The notes: a model not told the origin generated them from the sequence alone. Numbered from the stretch's first letter, positions 21,160 to 35,380 are shown. The stretch: DNA of 64,000 nucleotides from Amphiscolops sp. MND2022 (GCA_964187785.1 OZ076409.1:98148001-98212000), one strand, 5' to 3'. A program made the numbers and translations.

Positions 21160-24100
21160 ATGTTTTCTACGTTGGCCGAATGGACTGAAGGTTTTTTGAA
21201 TCATCAAGGTCACCTGAGTCACCTTCATAACAAGTTAAGCGACGTGCCGCGCTGGGTGTGGGCGGGGGTTTGTGTGTTTGGAACCGTGGTCTATCTCAAG
21301 GTCAAATACGAACGTACCTACAGAGAATGGGAAAAACAGAATATCCCCGGACCCAAACCTTATCTTTTCATGGGCACAAATTACTTGATGGGTCGGTACA
21401 AAAACTTCTACGAACTAAACGTGGATTTGAGTGAAAAGTACGGCAAGAAAGGGTACTTTGGGTGAGTTTATCGATCGAGATAAATTGTTTAGTTTTAGTT
21501 TTAAGAAATGAGCTGTTTAAAACTGTGTCGAAAAGCCTCCCATGAAACTGTTGCAGTGAAAAAAACTAGTAAAAGCATTGTTCTCTTTGAGAAGAAGGCA
21601 AAAAACTCCCTTAAAAATATTTTGGTTTTTTATCAAGTTTCTGAAAAACTTGAAAGGAGTTCCAAATTATGTTATTGCATTAAACAGAACATTATTAGTT
21701 TGTCCTCAAATTTGTGGTAAAACCTATTTGTTAGTAAATAAATCAAAATTAATAGGCCTGCATAACCCTGGACAACAAATAAAAATAATAGCTAGATCTC
21801 CGTAACAAAACGGGAACATTGAATTTGAAGGAGTTTCAGTGGAAAAAAATAGCAATTTTAATAGCAAATTCATGGTTGAATGGCTCGATGTCATTAGAGC
21901 GCATCGGAAAGCTAAATTTGCTCAAAGCACAATTTTGTGCTTTTAAAATTTCGGATTCCACGACCATACCTTTAACCAAGCAAAATTGGCAAACTACGTC
22001 ATAAGTCCCGGATTACACGGATTTTGTCGTGGATTCCAGTGACAAATGCATAGCTGTACGCACAGTCGGCATGCCGCTTTGTCCCGGATTCCACAAAAAC
22101 GTAAGTTTTACAAAACGAACCAATCAGATTGCAGAAATCATAAATTTACTGGATTTCACGGCTTTATGCTTGACGCAATACGCGGCATCTCTTCTTGAAA
22201 TAAATTCAAGTGGAAGACTGAACAAACATAAAATTATGCACTTCTTTTCGTATATTATTTCAAAATGATTCACACTAACACACCAATATTACACAAATAT
22301 TCGTATTTTTCAAAGTTTAGTACCAGTTTTGAACAAGTGCCAGATCATCACAATCGGCCATTATTTGATGACATGCTGCAATTTTAGTACCTGTCATGAG
22401 TATCTCTATTCGTACTTTGGGATTTTTCGTACGAAGTTTTTCACTCACGATTGGGACCAAAATATCTTGTATTCTTTTTAGTCCGCGCATTTTCCTTTAC
22501 GGAAAAAAGCCCGACTATTACAGTGGCTAGTTTTTTTTTCTTTTTTTCGTCAGACCACAGAGCTCATCGCGTATGTACCACTTTTTACAGAAACTGATAA
22601 GACTACTCAGGCCAAGTCAGGCCAATGGAAACTTAGTGCAAAGGGTCCCCCCTTTCATTTTTTACCTTTTTTACGTAACCTACAAAACCGGAAGAGACCA
22701 AAGGGTCCCCCCTTTCAATTTTTTTTCGGCACTGTGCGAAATTTTTTTTCGAAAATTATTTAATGTCTCAAAAGAGTCCCCCCTTCGAGTTTTTTGATAT
22801 TTTGCAACAGAATGTATGTTAATGAATCCCAAAGGGTCCCCCATTTTATTTTTCGGCACTATGCGACATTTTCGAAGTTTTTTTCAAAAAAAAATTTCAA
22901 AAAAAATTTCAAATTTCGTTCCCAGTCGGGAAACAGTGATTTTCCTGTCATATCGAGCACGAAAGGCACACTTTGGATGTCTCGAACGTGTTTTCAAAGC
23001 TTTTCATGAATACGTCCTGAGCATATTTAGAAAACTTTGCGCTTCTTGAGCCTTAGATATAGCGCCGACTTTAGACGTTCCCGTCTTGTTTCATATTAGT
23101 ATACTAATAGGCCGCCGGCTTTATGTTCGCACGAAAGATATTATGGACTAAATTTGCCTCTCTGACTTGTAAATTCTTCTGCCTCTCCAATAATGATCAC
23201 TCAAAATCAGCGGACCAATCAGAGAGCAGCAGCAAAAGCGTCATTATAGCAGCAGTATTGGCGTGGAATCCAGGAAAAGCACTGTCGTGGAATCCAAGAT
23301 ACGCTTAACATCGAAGTGAAATTTTGTCATGGATTACACGATTTTTTTTCAATTTTCGTGTCCCGGATTCCACGACAAGCAGCAAAATAGCTTGCCTATG
23401 CACTGTAATGGTCATCGAAAGCAGGCATCAAACACGCCTAGTGATGAACTGGCTACCCAAATAAGTCCACACGTCTGAAACAACACGTCTGCGCTCTGAT
23501 ACTCATTGCGAAAACTGTTCAATATCACAGTAGCAGAAACTATCAAAAGAGAGCACCCTTGAGACACAAAAAATGTGGCCTCAAAAATGAGAATACACAA
23601 ACTTATGGTCAACAAGAGTTTCCGAACAAAATCGCACAGACGCGAAAACGCCGAATAATGGACCTTCACGCTTACAAAGCGCGTTTTTGCTAAGGAAACA
23701 AAAGAAAAGTAAGAAGAGGACCCTTCGTGAAATGAAGAAATCTCAAACGAAGTGGCACAGTGAGAAAAAGGGCCTAAAAAGGGGATTCGCTCTTCGTTCT
23801 CGCCAACTTTTGAAAACATAGCCCAGCGCGGGGTTCGAACCCGCTCACACAAGCTTCCAAGCACATTCCTTAGGCACAGACAAACGCGTTAACACTAGCT
23901 CTTTAGAACTTACCTTCTGCATCTACTTCTTGTTTTAGGCAAAAATGTTGTTGAAAAGGTAACTAAAAAAGTCCCGCCCAAAAAAGATTTCGAAAACTTT
24001 TTCTTTCGAAATTTAGTACCTACGAGGGTTCGATGCCTGTGTTGGTGATCACAGATCCTGAGCTGGTGCGAGAGGTGATGGTAAAACAGTTTGAAGTGTT

Positions 24101-27100
24101 TCCCAATCGACGCAAAGCCTCTCTTGACTTGAAATACATGCGCAAAGTGATCAGCGTTATGCAATATGAGGAATGGAGACCAACAAGAAACGCCCTCACT
24201 CCAACGTTCACAGGTTAGATAACTATTTAATTCTCCAAACTTCGAGACGAGAAGTATTTGGTGCCAAACTGTAAAATATTTTTAAAAATTGTGCCCTTCG
24301 GAGTACTTCAATGTAGGTTTACAAAAAAACATCACTTAGATACGTTTTTGGCATTATGAGACACAATTCTAAAATTAATTTGCCGCTATATACAAAAACG
24401 CAACTTTGGTAACAGCTTTCTGTTTTGTTTGTTTTCCATCCGAGCGAAATAACCAAAATCGTGACGAATGTCAAAATGTCGAAACATTTCAAAGGGTCTA
24501 CAAACTAATTTGTGAAATACTTGAATTTCAAGCATTCTGTTGGTTCATTTTCGGTACTTACTTTGATACTTTTCTGCTTAGAAAATGAAATTCCACAATT
24601 CCACATACCAACAGACGGAAATGTCTAAAGTCGGCGCTATATCTAAAGCTCAAAAAGCGCAAAGTTTTTAAAACTGTAAAAAAGGGGACCCTTCGGGCTT
24701 TTTGAAAATCCAGTTTGTTGCAAAATATCATAAAAACTGAAGGGGGACCCTTTGGAGACAAAAAAAATTCGAAAATGAGATTTTTGAACAGTCTCTTAGT
24801 GTCGAAATACTTAAAAGGGGAGACCCTTTGGGCTTTTTGGCACTTTAGTTTGCTGCAAAATATCAAGAAAACTTGAAGGTGTGACCCTTTGAAGGCAAAA
24901 AAAATGCGAAAAAAGTCGCACAGTGCCGAAAAAAAAACAATTGAAAGAGAGGACCCTTCAGTCTCGTCCGCTTTCGCAAATGCTCAAAAATATTTCTGGC
25001 TAAAGCAAGGACTCGAACCCGTGACCGCTGGGTTCACCGTGAACCGAGTAAAGTCTGTACTAAAAAGTGCACATACGCGATGAGGTCTGTGGTCTGACGA
25101 AAAAAAGAAAAAAAACTAGCCACTGTAATAGTCGGGCTCTTTTCACTAGAAAAGTGCCGACTAAAAACACCACATTGAGCACAAATTCATTACAGAAGGG
25201 TACCCATGGTGAGGGTTAATAAATTCCTGCGAATCATACACCGAACCGTGGATTTTTGCAAAACTTTTTATAGCTGAAATTTCGAGAAACGTATGAAATA
25301 CTATGTGTGCGTAAACCTTTTGGTACCTTACTGTATCTCTAAAGATGTATAGCTGAAAACTAGGAACTTTAATTTTTCAACTTCTATGATAAAGAAATTT
25401 TTTGTTTTTTCCTCAACAGAATTGACTTCCAGAAATTGGAAGCTCGCCAATCAAGGCTTCGGTGCTGCAAGTGCCCAAGTTTGTATCTTAATTTTTCTAG
25501 ATTTTGATGAAAAACCGCTGTGAATTTTTGTTTTGAACAGGTGCCAAGTTGAAGAAGTTGGTGCCATCAATGGTAACTGTGAATGCGAACTTTTCTCGAA
25601 AACTTGCCAAACTAACTGCAGATGAACTGAACGAGGTCGAGTTGAACCGTCTTTTCCGGGCTTATGCAATGGACGTCATATGTCACGTGGTTTTCGGAAT
25701 GGAAGTTGACACTCAGGTTATTTCGGATTACTTCGCGGCTTATACACCATTTCTAATTTAGATGAACAAATTTCAACTTAATTGAACCTCGTGCTTCTTA
25801 ATTCCACCAATGACAATTTTTTTTAAAAAAAGAATGCTATATCCTAATTCAGATTCTTTTTTCAATATTTCTTCAAATCGCCATTAGTTTAAGTTTAAGC
25901 TTTCTAGACAATCGTAGAGAACAATCATTATTTCTAGCATAGTTACAAGGTTTAGAAAGTTTTTAACGTGTTTTCACGCTTGCGCTGACGTTCGCGAAAA
26001 AATAATGCAGGGACTTTTTTTCAAAAATTTTGCAAGTTGCAGCGACTTTTTTTCAATGCGCAGTGAAATGCTGCCAGGATTTTCCATGTTGCAGTGTAAT
26101 TTTACAAGTTTTTTCCCTGCGCGCAGTCTGAAATTTCTATGTTTTTTAAAAAAATTACCCTGCGTGCATGCCTGCAATATGTAAAAAGTCACGGCAGTTT
26201 CGACTAGGGATCGCAATTGCACTTAAGATAAATGGAAGCCAATTTTATTTGAATAAACAAAAAAGCTAACAAAATTCGGAAGCAAATCGAAAAGGGATTC
26301 CAAATTGTCATTTTGATTGAATAAAAATACTAGAATTTACTCGAATAAAATGAAAGGCAGAGTTAGTCCAGAATCAAGCAGCAGTTGCCTATGAAATTCC
26401 ACTTCAGACGAATTAATCACCATGAATATCTTGTTTCACTGAGGCTGAAAATTTGCTGCCCTCTCCTTAGATGGTAAACGCAGCAAATTCTCAGCTCTCA
26501 GCCTCAGTGAAAGAGGATATTCTGGGTGAATAATTCATCTAAAACGGAATTTCATTCAATTAAATTGAATTTTTTTACGTATTCACTTTTATCGCCACTC
26601 GCAGATTCGTAACTTTTTCGGGTAGAAATGCTTTCAAAAAATGTAAATCAGATTTGCGGATTTTTAGTCGGACGTGGAAAACGAAGTGGCTCAAGCCTGC
26701 TACGACATGATGGCTGAAAGCAGACAACTTCTCAGAAAACCTCTTTCATCCTCGGAGTTATCTTTCCCGGAATGATCAAGTACCTTCAGCTGATTAATCC
26801 TACTCTGGGAATGAAATTCGATGTTGCCGCCATTGTGGAACAGAAATTTAAATCTATTTTAGAGGTCAGTGAAATCGTTTATTAGAATTGGGATCATATT
26901 GTGTTACGACATACGTTCGGGTCGTTTTGCGTAGAATTTATCCTAACTGATTTTGTCGGAGTGTAAAAACCCCTAGTTTCGTTTTCCGTTTCCTCATCAA
27001 AGTTATCTCTGGCGTTCTCTCTTGTTTTAGGTTTAGGAAGCTCCAATATCTCCTTTTGAGACTCAACGAGGAGATTCTTGATCTCGGAAGTTATTTCCTC

Positions 27101-30100
27101 CTTCAAAGAAGCCCTTAAGTTCTCCAAGAGACTATTTTCAATTCGGGGGGATTTTGGTCTTGATGGACCCGTTACTTCTACGTCCTGGTTTTGAAGAACA
27201 AGGATTTTCCATTACTATCGGTGAAACGAAACCTTCACTTACGTTTCTATCACCTTCTTGTTGATCATTCCTTCTTTTCTGGCTTCTTGTTGTTGACATT
27301 TTGTTGTAGAAAAGACTTATCTTGAAGAATTGAATTTCTTTCAGAGATATTTTCTAACAGAGTTAGGCGAGAATGAGAGTTTAGCGAAATTGAGAATTCA
27401 ACTGAATTATACAATTGCAAAAGACTGAGTCCCTCAGCCAACTAAAATCATCGTATATATACCCTCCTAGCATCATTTGATTACGAGTTAAAATCCTAAT
27501 TTCCTTCGAACTTTAGTCATTTCCTGTATTTTCGGTGAAAAAATCATTTGTTCCCAATTTTACGTCGACTTTTCGTCAATCTTTGAGACACGATGATCTT
27601 CATCCTATATTAGTCATGAAGCATAATCATATTATTTCATCCCGGCGTCCTTTTTATTTCCTCCCAAGCAGGAAGTAGATATTACTTCAGTCTGTCAAAC
27701 CGGAAATGCTTCCTCGTTTTACTGCTTTGGTTCGTTAGAAGTTGACGCTGAGATGACGCTGACGTGAACAACTAATACTTGGTTTTGAATTTTAACTTGA
27801 GAAAAATGCTATGACTAATGTTTTCAGCCTTGGAATTTCCAATGATGCTAGGAACGGTAGAAACAAAGGTTATAGAGTTAGCAACGATTTCTAAATTGAA
27901 CTCAATCTAGATGAATATTAATTAATTAGAACAAGTCAACGAAGTATTTACGTTTACATTAGAATACTAAATTAATTTAACCGCAACACTTGACCATTAC
28001 AAAATTGGCTAGAAAGTTACAGGAATATGACGTGTTAATCAGGAACTTCAAAGCGTACAAATCTTCGCAAGTAAATCTTCATTACTCACGAAATTATAGA
28101 TTAACGTCCTGATGTCGTCAAATTAGACCAACGAAACAAAACAACTAGTCACTATAGTAGTTACAAATGATGAGGTATTTAAACGCGGTTTTCACGTACA
28201 ATTGAGGCAACAATGAACATAGTTATAGCGGAAAAAAACAAATGTGGGCATGGCATTAGGAAAAATATGATTATGGTATTAAAAATATAGTTTTCTCCAG
28301 TTCATATCTCACTGCTTCACAGACACGTCAAAACGACGTCAGGTTATTCAAAATAGTATCCAAAGTCTGTAATAGTTAATACAAAATGTACAGTAACAGC
28401 ACTCTCTCCTAGAATAAACGGTGACTTTAGTCATAAAGAGTAGGAAAAACCCTATTTAGGATATTTTGTAACGTGATTTTAATCGGCCAGTATTCAAATT
28501 GACGTGGCTTAGACGTAATCTATTAGGTTTTGTTCTTATCTTTGTTGAGCTTGGATTCGTCTTTAAACGTTTCCTTTCCGTCATTTCCATAATACCGGTA
28601 TTCATTTCACTATACTGGATGGACTAAAACTGCTATTTTGATGGATTTTGGACGTAACGCGGACGTACATATTAGCATTAGCCTCAGTCCGCTGGTATTG
28701 GACGTAGCATTGACGTGAATTTGGAGTGAAATCTAGCTAGCTGTTATAGCTGTGACGTCACACCGACGTCTGATTTGGAATACCTTCTACCTCGTTAACT
28801 AGTTAGCGGCGGAATGCTGACGTCACGATTATAGTAATATTTGCATGTACCTTTAATATTTGTTTGCTCAGCGAGGCGGTATCGTCCTATTCTACATTAA
28901 TTGCTGTTCAAAGTGCAATTAAGCTACCTTTCTTAGAAAAGGCGTAAATGTTTCGGCGTGCCATCTCAATGTATTTTCTATTTTAGATCTGATTGATGTT
29001 CTTTCCCGAATGACAATTTTGGATATGTTTTCATTTAGATCGGTCTGAAACATGGTCTTTGTTTCAAGACGTATTCTTAATTAAGTTTTCAGGTGGCGAA
29101 TATTTCTATTTCGAGGTGATAAAAGCGTCCTGCCGGAAGTGTATGAAATCATTTTGGTTCATTTAAGTTTCCGTTCTCGTTTTCGTTTAAACTTTACGTA
29201 AGTTAGACGTGTGTTTCCGTATTTCTAGTCACAGTTTATTTAAGATTGTGGTTTAAAGTTTTCAAATTAGTAGTTGAAATACCATTTGGGGAATCGCAGG
29301 TTGCACCCATGGCCTCTTCCGATCCCCACTCGTCTGCAATGGCAACCCAGACCGGGAGCGGGCTGTGACATATGGGATCATATCATCTTTTCTGGATGGC
29401 CTTGTTTAAAAAAAGTGCCCGAAAAAAGAACTCTCACAGAACAGTGAATTTCATATCATTATTCGAAGAAACGTTTTTGCATAGCTTAATTACAGCGGGT
29501 TTGTAATGAATTAAAATTGTGAGTTTGAACCTAATAATGGGAGTGAATTTGGTTATATAGAGCTGCCATTTCAAGCTGTTTGTTTTCACTTGAAAAAGAA
29601 AAGGTCTCCAACTCCAAGATGATTTTGCCGAAAAACAACCCCCCAAATGAGTCAGACATAAAATCAAAATGTTATAAGAGGTCATTTTCGGACTGAAATG
29701 TCCAGGCGTCAAGGTACGTAATTCGGTGCTAATGGTGCTACTAGGCTACGGAAGTCAAAGCCAACAAAAAGAACCGTGCTCCATTTCTTCTTACAATGAG
29801 AACTAATCAAAGAAAATCCCTTTCGTGTAGCAGTCTGGAACTACAAAAAATGTGGTTTTGTTTCTACAGACTCCTCAAAAGTTTGGCGAAAACGACAACC
29901 GTTGCTTCTTCTTATGGAATTTGCTTGAAATGATAGAACTTCATCAGAGAACCAACGGCGAGGAAGGTTTTGATTTCGAAACAGCGGTAGCCCAAGCACT
30001 CTCTTTCCTCTTGGCTGGTTTCGATACAATTGCAAACCTGTTGATGTGGACATGCTACTATTTCGCAGTGTTCCCTGAAATGCAGCAACAAATTCGAGAA

Positions 30101-33100
30101 GAGATTGAAACCGTTTTAGGCCCTGGAGTAAAGAACCCGTCTTATGAGTCATTGGGTTCCTTGAAAAACTTAGGTATGACTTGCAACAAGTTTTTCAAAA
30201 TTTTTGAAATTCTCTTGGAAAGTTTTTGCCAGTTCTATGTTTTGAAAATATAGAAGGTGAGATTCAAGCTTCTTTCTGATGCCGTGATACCATATTTTGA
30301 AACTATGGTAAGCAACCGTTCAGGTATCGCATGGAATTGTAATGGAAACTTGTAATGGAATTTGCCGTTTCGCGCTGAAAATCTTGAATGGACCTAAACT
30401 TTCGAACTGCTCGTGAGAGGACGCTGATACATGAAGTATTGCAATCAGTCAGAATTGGGACACACGGGAATTAAGTGTGCACACGGTGGAAAAGGAGAGT
30501 TTTTTTATCACCGTGTTTACATTAATTTCCGTGTGTCCCAATTCTGACTGATTATATTACTACTTCATGTATCAGCGTCCTCTTACGAGTAGTTCGAAAT
30601 AAACTTCAGTCACATTATAACTTTCAAGTAGCGTCATATTCAACGTGCTGTTTGACTAACGGTGATTACATAAGATACAATAGTGTAAGAAAAGAATTGA
30701 ACCCTTATTTGTAAAAAATTATTTGGACTGCATGCAAACAAAGCTAGCATTTTACATAGGGATTTCGTTCATTCTATATTTTACCCATGAATTTAAGGGA
30801 TTGGAATGACAAATTGAATGTCTAAGATAATGGGCATAATCGCCTTAATTAGCAGATTATCCTGATATCAATTTTGTCAGTAAAAACTGTAACACAGAAA
30901 ACATAATCCCCGATATTTGCAAAAAAATAGCTGTGTCTCACGTATTAAGATAGTAAATAAAATGAATTAATAGGAAACCCCTTTCAAAAACTATATAATA
31001 CCAATTATCTTGATGTAAAATAGTTGAATGTCTTCAGTAAATGAAGAAGTACCTGCCAAATGAACAAAAATTGCAAATTAGGTGCCAAATGTTACAAAAT
31101 TGTCCAAAATGATGTCCCTTATGCCAATTCAGTAGTAAATACAATCAACGAAAATGAAAATAGGAATTTTCTTCATTATTTATTATTTACAAACCTACAT
31201 TTCAAGTGTCCAACATTATTTTAGAATGTTTGTTTGTTTGATTTTCAAATAACTTGGATGATAGCAGAAATCAGAGCTAGTTTTGTTTTGGTCCAATCCT
31301 TTTTTTTACAAATAAAGGTTCAGTTTATTTCTTACACTGTTGTACTTACTTGAGAAACTTACGCGTGGAAAAAAAGTGATCGCGGCGGTGAAGAAGTGGA
31401 AATGTTTTCAGTTTTAATTGAAATAGTACAAGCGGCATTGTAATTCTACCAAATGTTTTCATGTATGATCCCTGAATTTTCCATGTTTTGTAAGAAACAA
31501 GACGGGAACGTCCCAAGTCGGCGCCATATCTTAGGCTCAAAAATATTCAAGGAACAACTATTGGAAAAATTTGGAAATTTTTTTTCAGAAAAAATTTTTG
31601 ATTTTTTTTCGAAAAAAAAGTATTTTTTAGGTCGCACAATGCCGAAAAACTCAAAAAGAGGCCATTCAGGCTCATTCAACGTTTTCTACAAACCGAAAAC
31701 TTCAAAAAAATTCAAGGGGGTACCCTTTGATAAATTTCGAAAATTTTCGAAAAAAGTCGCATAGTGCCGAAAAAAACCCAAAGGGGGGACCCTTTGGTCT
31801 CACCTGTACTTTTGGAAGCATTAAAAAATTTATGGTTTAGTGCGAGAATCGAACCCACGCTCTCCGGCTGGGTCGAAGATGGAAGATGAACAAATATGAA
31901 AGATGAACAAAAATTGTAAGAAAAGTGGACCACTCAGAGTGAGATTGTCAACTGAAAAAAAAACAAAAAAAAACTACTCACTGTAAGAGTCGGGCTTTTT
32001 TCCTTAAGGGAAAAGGCGCCGACTAAAAATAGCCTACATGTTTCCTTGCAGCATGTAAAATTTTCAAGCAATCTCGACTAGGGATCTTTTCTAATTCGTT
32101 TTAGGGATTTACCAAAAAGTTTTGCTAACAATAGAAGCAGCCAAGGAATTTATTCGTTCTTATTGGCAACAGCAGAGTTTACGTTATCAAAATTGTCACA
32201 TCCATAATTGTACTTTAAGCAGTGGTACTTTAAGTGCTGGTACTTCAAGCACTTAAAAGTAACTGATGTTTAGAAAACTTTTTGATGGAGACGCTTCGAA
32301 TGAGACCAGTGTTTCGATCTCAACGTCAAGCTGTTCGTGATACCACTATTGGCCCTGGTATAAAAATTAAAGCAGGTCAGACCATTGTTTTTTAGTTTTG
32401 AAGAAAAACATTAGACTATTACAGAGACTAACCGTTTTCCTTCAGCCTCACATAGCAAAGTCGTTTTTTATTCACATTGATTCAACTTTATCAGTGGTTT
32501 CATTTTGTCGTGAGCTAAAACTAAAAAAAATCAAATGTATCTTGGGCCATATTACAAATAACAAGACGGGAACGTCTAAATCCGGCGCTACATCTAAGGC
32601 CCAAAAAGCGCAAAAGACTCTTTTTTGAAAACAAAATGTAAAAGGTGGGACCCTTTGGGCTTTATTAACATATATTTTGTTGCAAAATATCACAAAACTC
32701 GAAAGGAAAAAATCGCACAGTGCCGAAAAAAATCGAAAGGGGGGCCCTTTAGTCCCGTCCAGGTTTGTAGGTAACGTTTAAAAAGTAAAAAACCAAAGGG
32801 GACCCTTTGGAAAAACTTAGATGCGTTTCCGGGGTATTCGTTTAGTTTCCTTTAGTTGAAGAAACTGAACGTTAACGTTCGTCGCTTCGAGTCTGTCTTA
32901 AATAAAAAACGAGTGACTGTAATAGTTGGGCTCTTTTAATAATAAAAGCGCCGACTAAAAGCAGTAGCAAAAGGTCTCCTGGAGTGTTCGGGTGTTTTCT
33001 GAGTTGAAAAAAAAATTACAAAAGGTTCCATCGTTTGGTTTTTCGTTGTTTCCAGTTTAAGAAACACCTGTAGTAGTTTGAAAGCGTTTTAAAAAGTGAT

Positions 33101-34861
33101 TATTTGATTTTGTAAGTGTTATTCAGGGCGCCAACCTAGGCTTTTTTAGGCTCGTTATTAGATATGTTATAAGTGCATGTTAGCAGAGGTGGAACTGGGT
33201 CATGATTTTCTACCCGAAGCCCGGCCCGAGCCCGTTTCAAAAATTCTAACACGGCTCGATATTTTTGAACATTTTTAGTACCCGACGAAACTGGCCGGAA
33301 ACGAATTTGATACCCCAAAGTGAATTGTAAATGATAATCAGGAATAAGCATCATGAGAATTCAAAAATACCAGGTTTTACAACAGAATTCAAAAATTCAA
33401 CATCCAACAGTTTTCGGCAGACATCTGGGCTCTACGAGCTGTGCGAATGAGACAAGTTTTTTGTTTGACTAAGATTTTGTTCACTTTGAGCAAATCAAAG
33501 GAATCAATTGCAGAAATTATATAGCCCAGTTTAATGTATAAATTTTTGATTTATTTTCCGAATGGTTATACCCTGCCCGAAAAAATTCAAGCTCGAAAAA
33601 AGACCGATACTATTTCACGCATACATTTCTTCGACACCTGGAAAAATTTACTTGGAAATTTACACCTTCTCTGGTTTTGAAATTTTCGTGAATGAAAAAA
33701 AACCGAATTTTTGCCCTAGTTGAAAGATACACATTTTTTTGCAAAATTTTTACAGAGAAGCGAGTTTTTGCAAAAATACTATCAAAATCTTGTAAAAAAT
33801 GTCCGAAAATGTAACAGATTTGAAAAATTCGCGATTCTTGCACAAATTCTGTAAAAATGCATAATTGGCAAGAATTGCGGCCGAATTTTGCCAAACTTGT
33901 GATTTTCGAAAACTATGGCGGACACGCTTGTTTTTGCTGAGATATACTTTTGTATCATAAAAAGAGACTTTGTTCGAGAAAGAAGCTATACTATAGAATT
34001 GAATTGAATACTATAGAAAATCAAAACTGACATCCATATCTAGTAAACTATATATTAGCAGCAGTACCTTTTTTGACTGGTTTCGGCAGCTTCCCTATAA
34101 TTTCACTATTGTTTGAAATGATTGGTTGAATATTTCATGTCTCTAAATTTGGACAAATTACAATACATTCGGGATCTAAAAGTCAATTACTTATGAAACT
34201 TTCCTTGAGATTTAATTATTTGATGGCGAAATCGAGTGATTTTTACTTTTTGATTTTTTAGTAAATTACCGAAATTTTGTGCAATTTTGAATCTGACTGT
34301 ACAATGATCAGAAAAGACTTGTCCAAACCGGTCACCAGACAAAAAAAGCCCCAGTCAAAAGCGCCCATTTTACATAGTCATATAAGTGATGCAAAACAAT
34401 ACAGGAAAGAAAAAGTAATCAGTATAATGTAGAATTGAACATTGATTAGATTTAAAACACAAATCAAGACATTGGAATATTTGTATTGAGAATATAAAAA
34501 ACCATTCAGTTCCAAAGAATGTAGTTTTTTTCTTGCAGGGTGGTCAGTTGACGTGGCACCCAATATAATCCATATGGACCCCAAAATCTGGGATGAACCA
34601 GAGAAGTTCCGGCCCCAGAGGTTCGAGCCAGACGAAGCCAGCAAAAGGTCTCCCTATGCTTTCAATGCGTTTGGAGTGGGGCCAAGGAATTGTATTGGCA
34701 TGCGACTAGCTCTCATGGAGGCTAAAATAGCTGTCATTGGCTTGTTAACGGAGTACAGATTGAGTTTAGGAAAAGAAACGCCGAAGAAAATAACCGAGTT
34801 CACCAGAAGTGCCTTTTATGAGCCTACTGTACCGATACGATTGAAGCTTACGAAGTTATAA
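21160..34861 (+). CDS. Cytochrome P450 gene 2 (CYP3-clan-like), 7 exons, about 533 aa if a 1-nt deletion in exon 4 is corrected; possible pseudogene
   Basis: Exons 21160-21461, 24017-24213, 25541-25716, 26668-26864, 29870-30173, 32274-32375, 34539-34861; N-terminal hydrophobic anchor, IPGPKP, WRPTR, AGFDT, ETLR, PQRF, FGVGPRNCIG. Confidence 0.88.
22475..23090 (+). mobile_element. HINE-like element
   Basis: TTTTTAGTCCGCGC..AAAAGCCCGACT at 5' end; GCGCCGACT plus GACG-TTCC-CGTC hairpin plus TTGTT at 3' end. Confidence 0.7.
24610..25167 (-). mobile_element. HINE-like element
   Basis: Both family termini present. Confidence 0.7.
26902..29370 (-). mobile_element. Probable solo LTR (~2.47 kb) carrying the start of an ORF (MSTTRSQKRR..., ATG at 27299)
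   Basis: TGTTAC...GTGACA ends; flanks TATTG/TATGG (1 mismatch); the frameshifted ORF runs off the element end. Confidence 0.65.
30400..30599. repeat. ~200-bp hairpin / MITE
   Basis: Arms TTCGAACT.CTCGT.AGAGGACGCTGATACATGAAGTA...CAGTCAGAATTGGGACACACGG are reverse-complementary around a short loop. Confidence 0.8.
31496..32029 (-). mobile_element. HINE-like element nested in a CCCTAGTCGA-family repeat (31343-32083)
   Basis: Both termini present; nearly identical to units of the 18.3-20.7 kb array; joined flanks match the reverse complement of 45421-45630. Confidence 0.75.
32560..32960 (-). mobile_element. HINE-like element
   Basis: Both family termini present. Confidence 0.7.
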
Positions 34862-35380
34862 ACAAACACTATTTTTAAAGTCATTAAATTTTTGAAATTA
34901 AAAAAAAATACCCAATTGCTATATGAAAAATATTTTGTGAAATTGCCCATTGAATGAAATCATAAAAATTTCAACACCATTTTGTTCAAGTTTATATTTT
35001 TTGAGATAACAGTCATAGCTGATGGAAGCTAAGGTCAAGTAAGAAAGCAGCTTTTCTACCCTAGTCCAAACTTGAGACATTTTCTGTCATAATCTTGCAT
35101 GTCTCCATCTTGAAAAACTCAGAAAAAATATTGTTTTTCTTGCCCAAAAAGAAAGCATGGAATTTATCACGATTTTGTACCACCTGGCAGAATAATGCAT
35201 TAAACTCTAAGATCTTGTACGAAGAATGCGTTAGCTTATTCAATTTGTGTCTGACGCATTGAACTGAAGAATGAAACAAGAAGATTATACACAGTTCCAT
35301 GGAAGTTTGTATTTGTCATACCTCTACCCGATAGAGCACAATAGGGAAGCCACCCTACCAAGAACCATTCCTCTAGTATA

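Noticed and set aside
21980..23405. DNA transposon with GGATT(A/C)CACG subterminal repeats
   Set aside because: The repeated motif is visible but I could not define TIRs or a TSD
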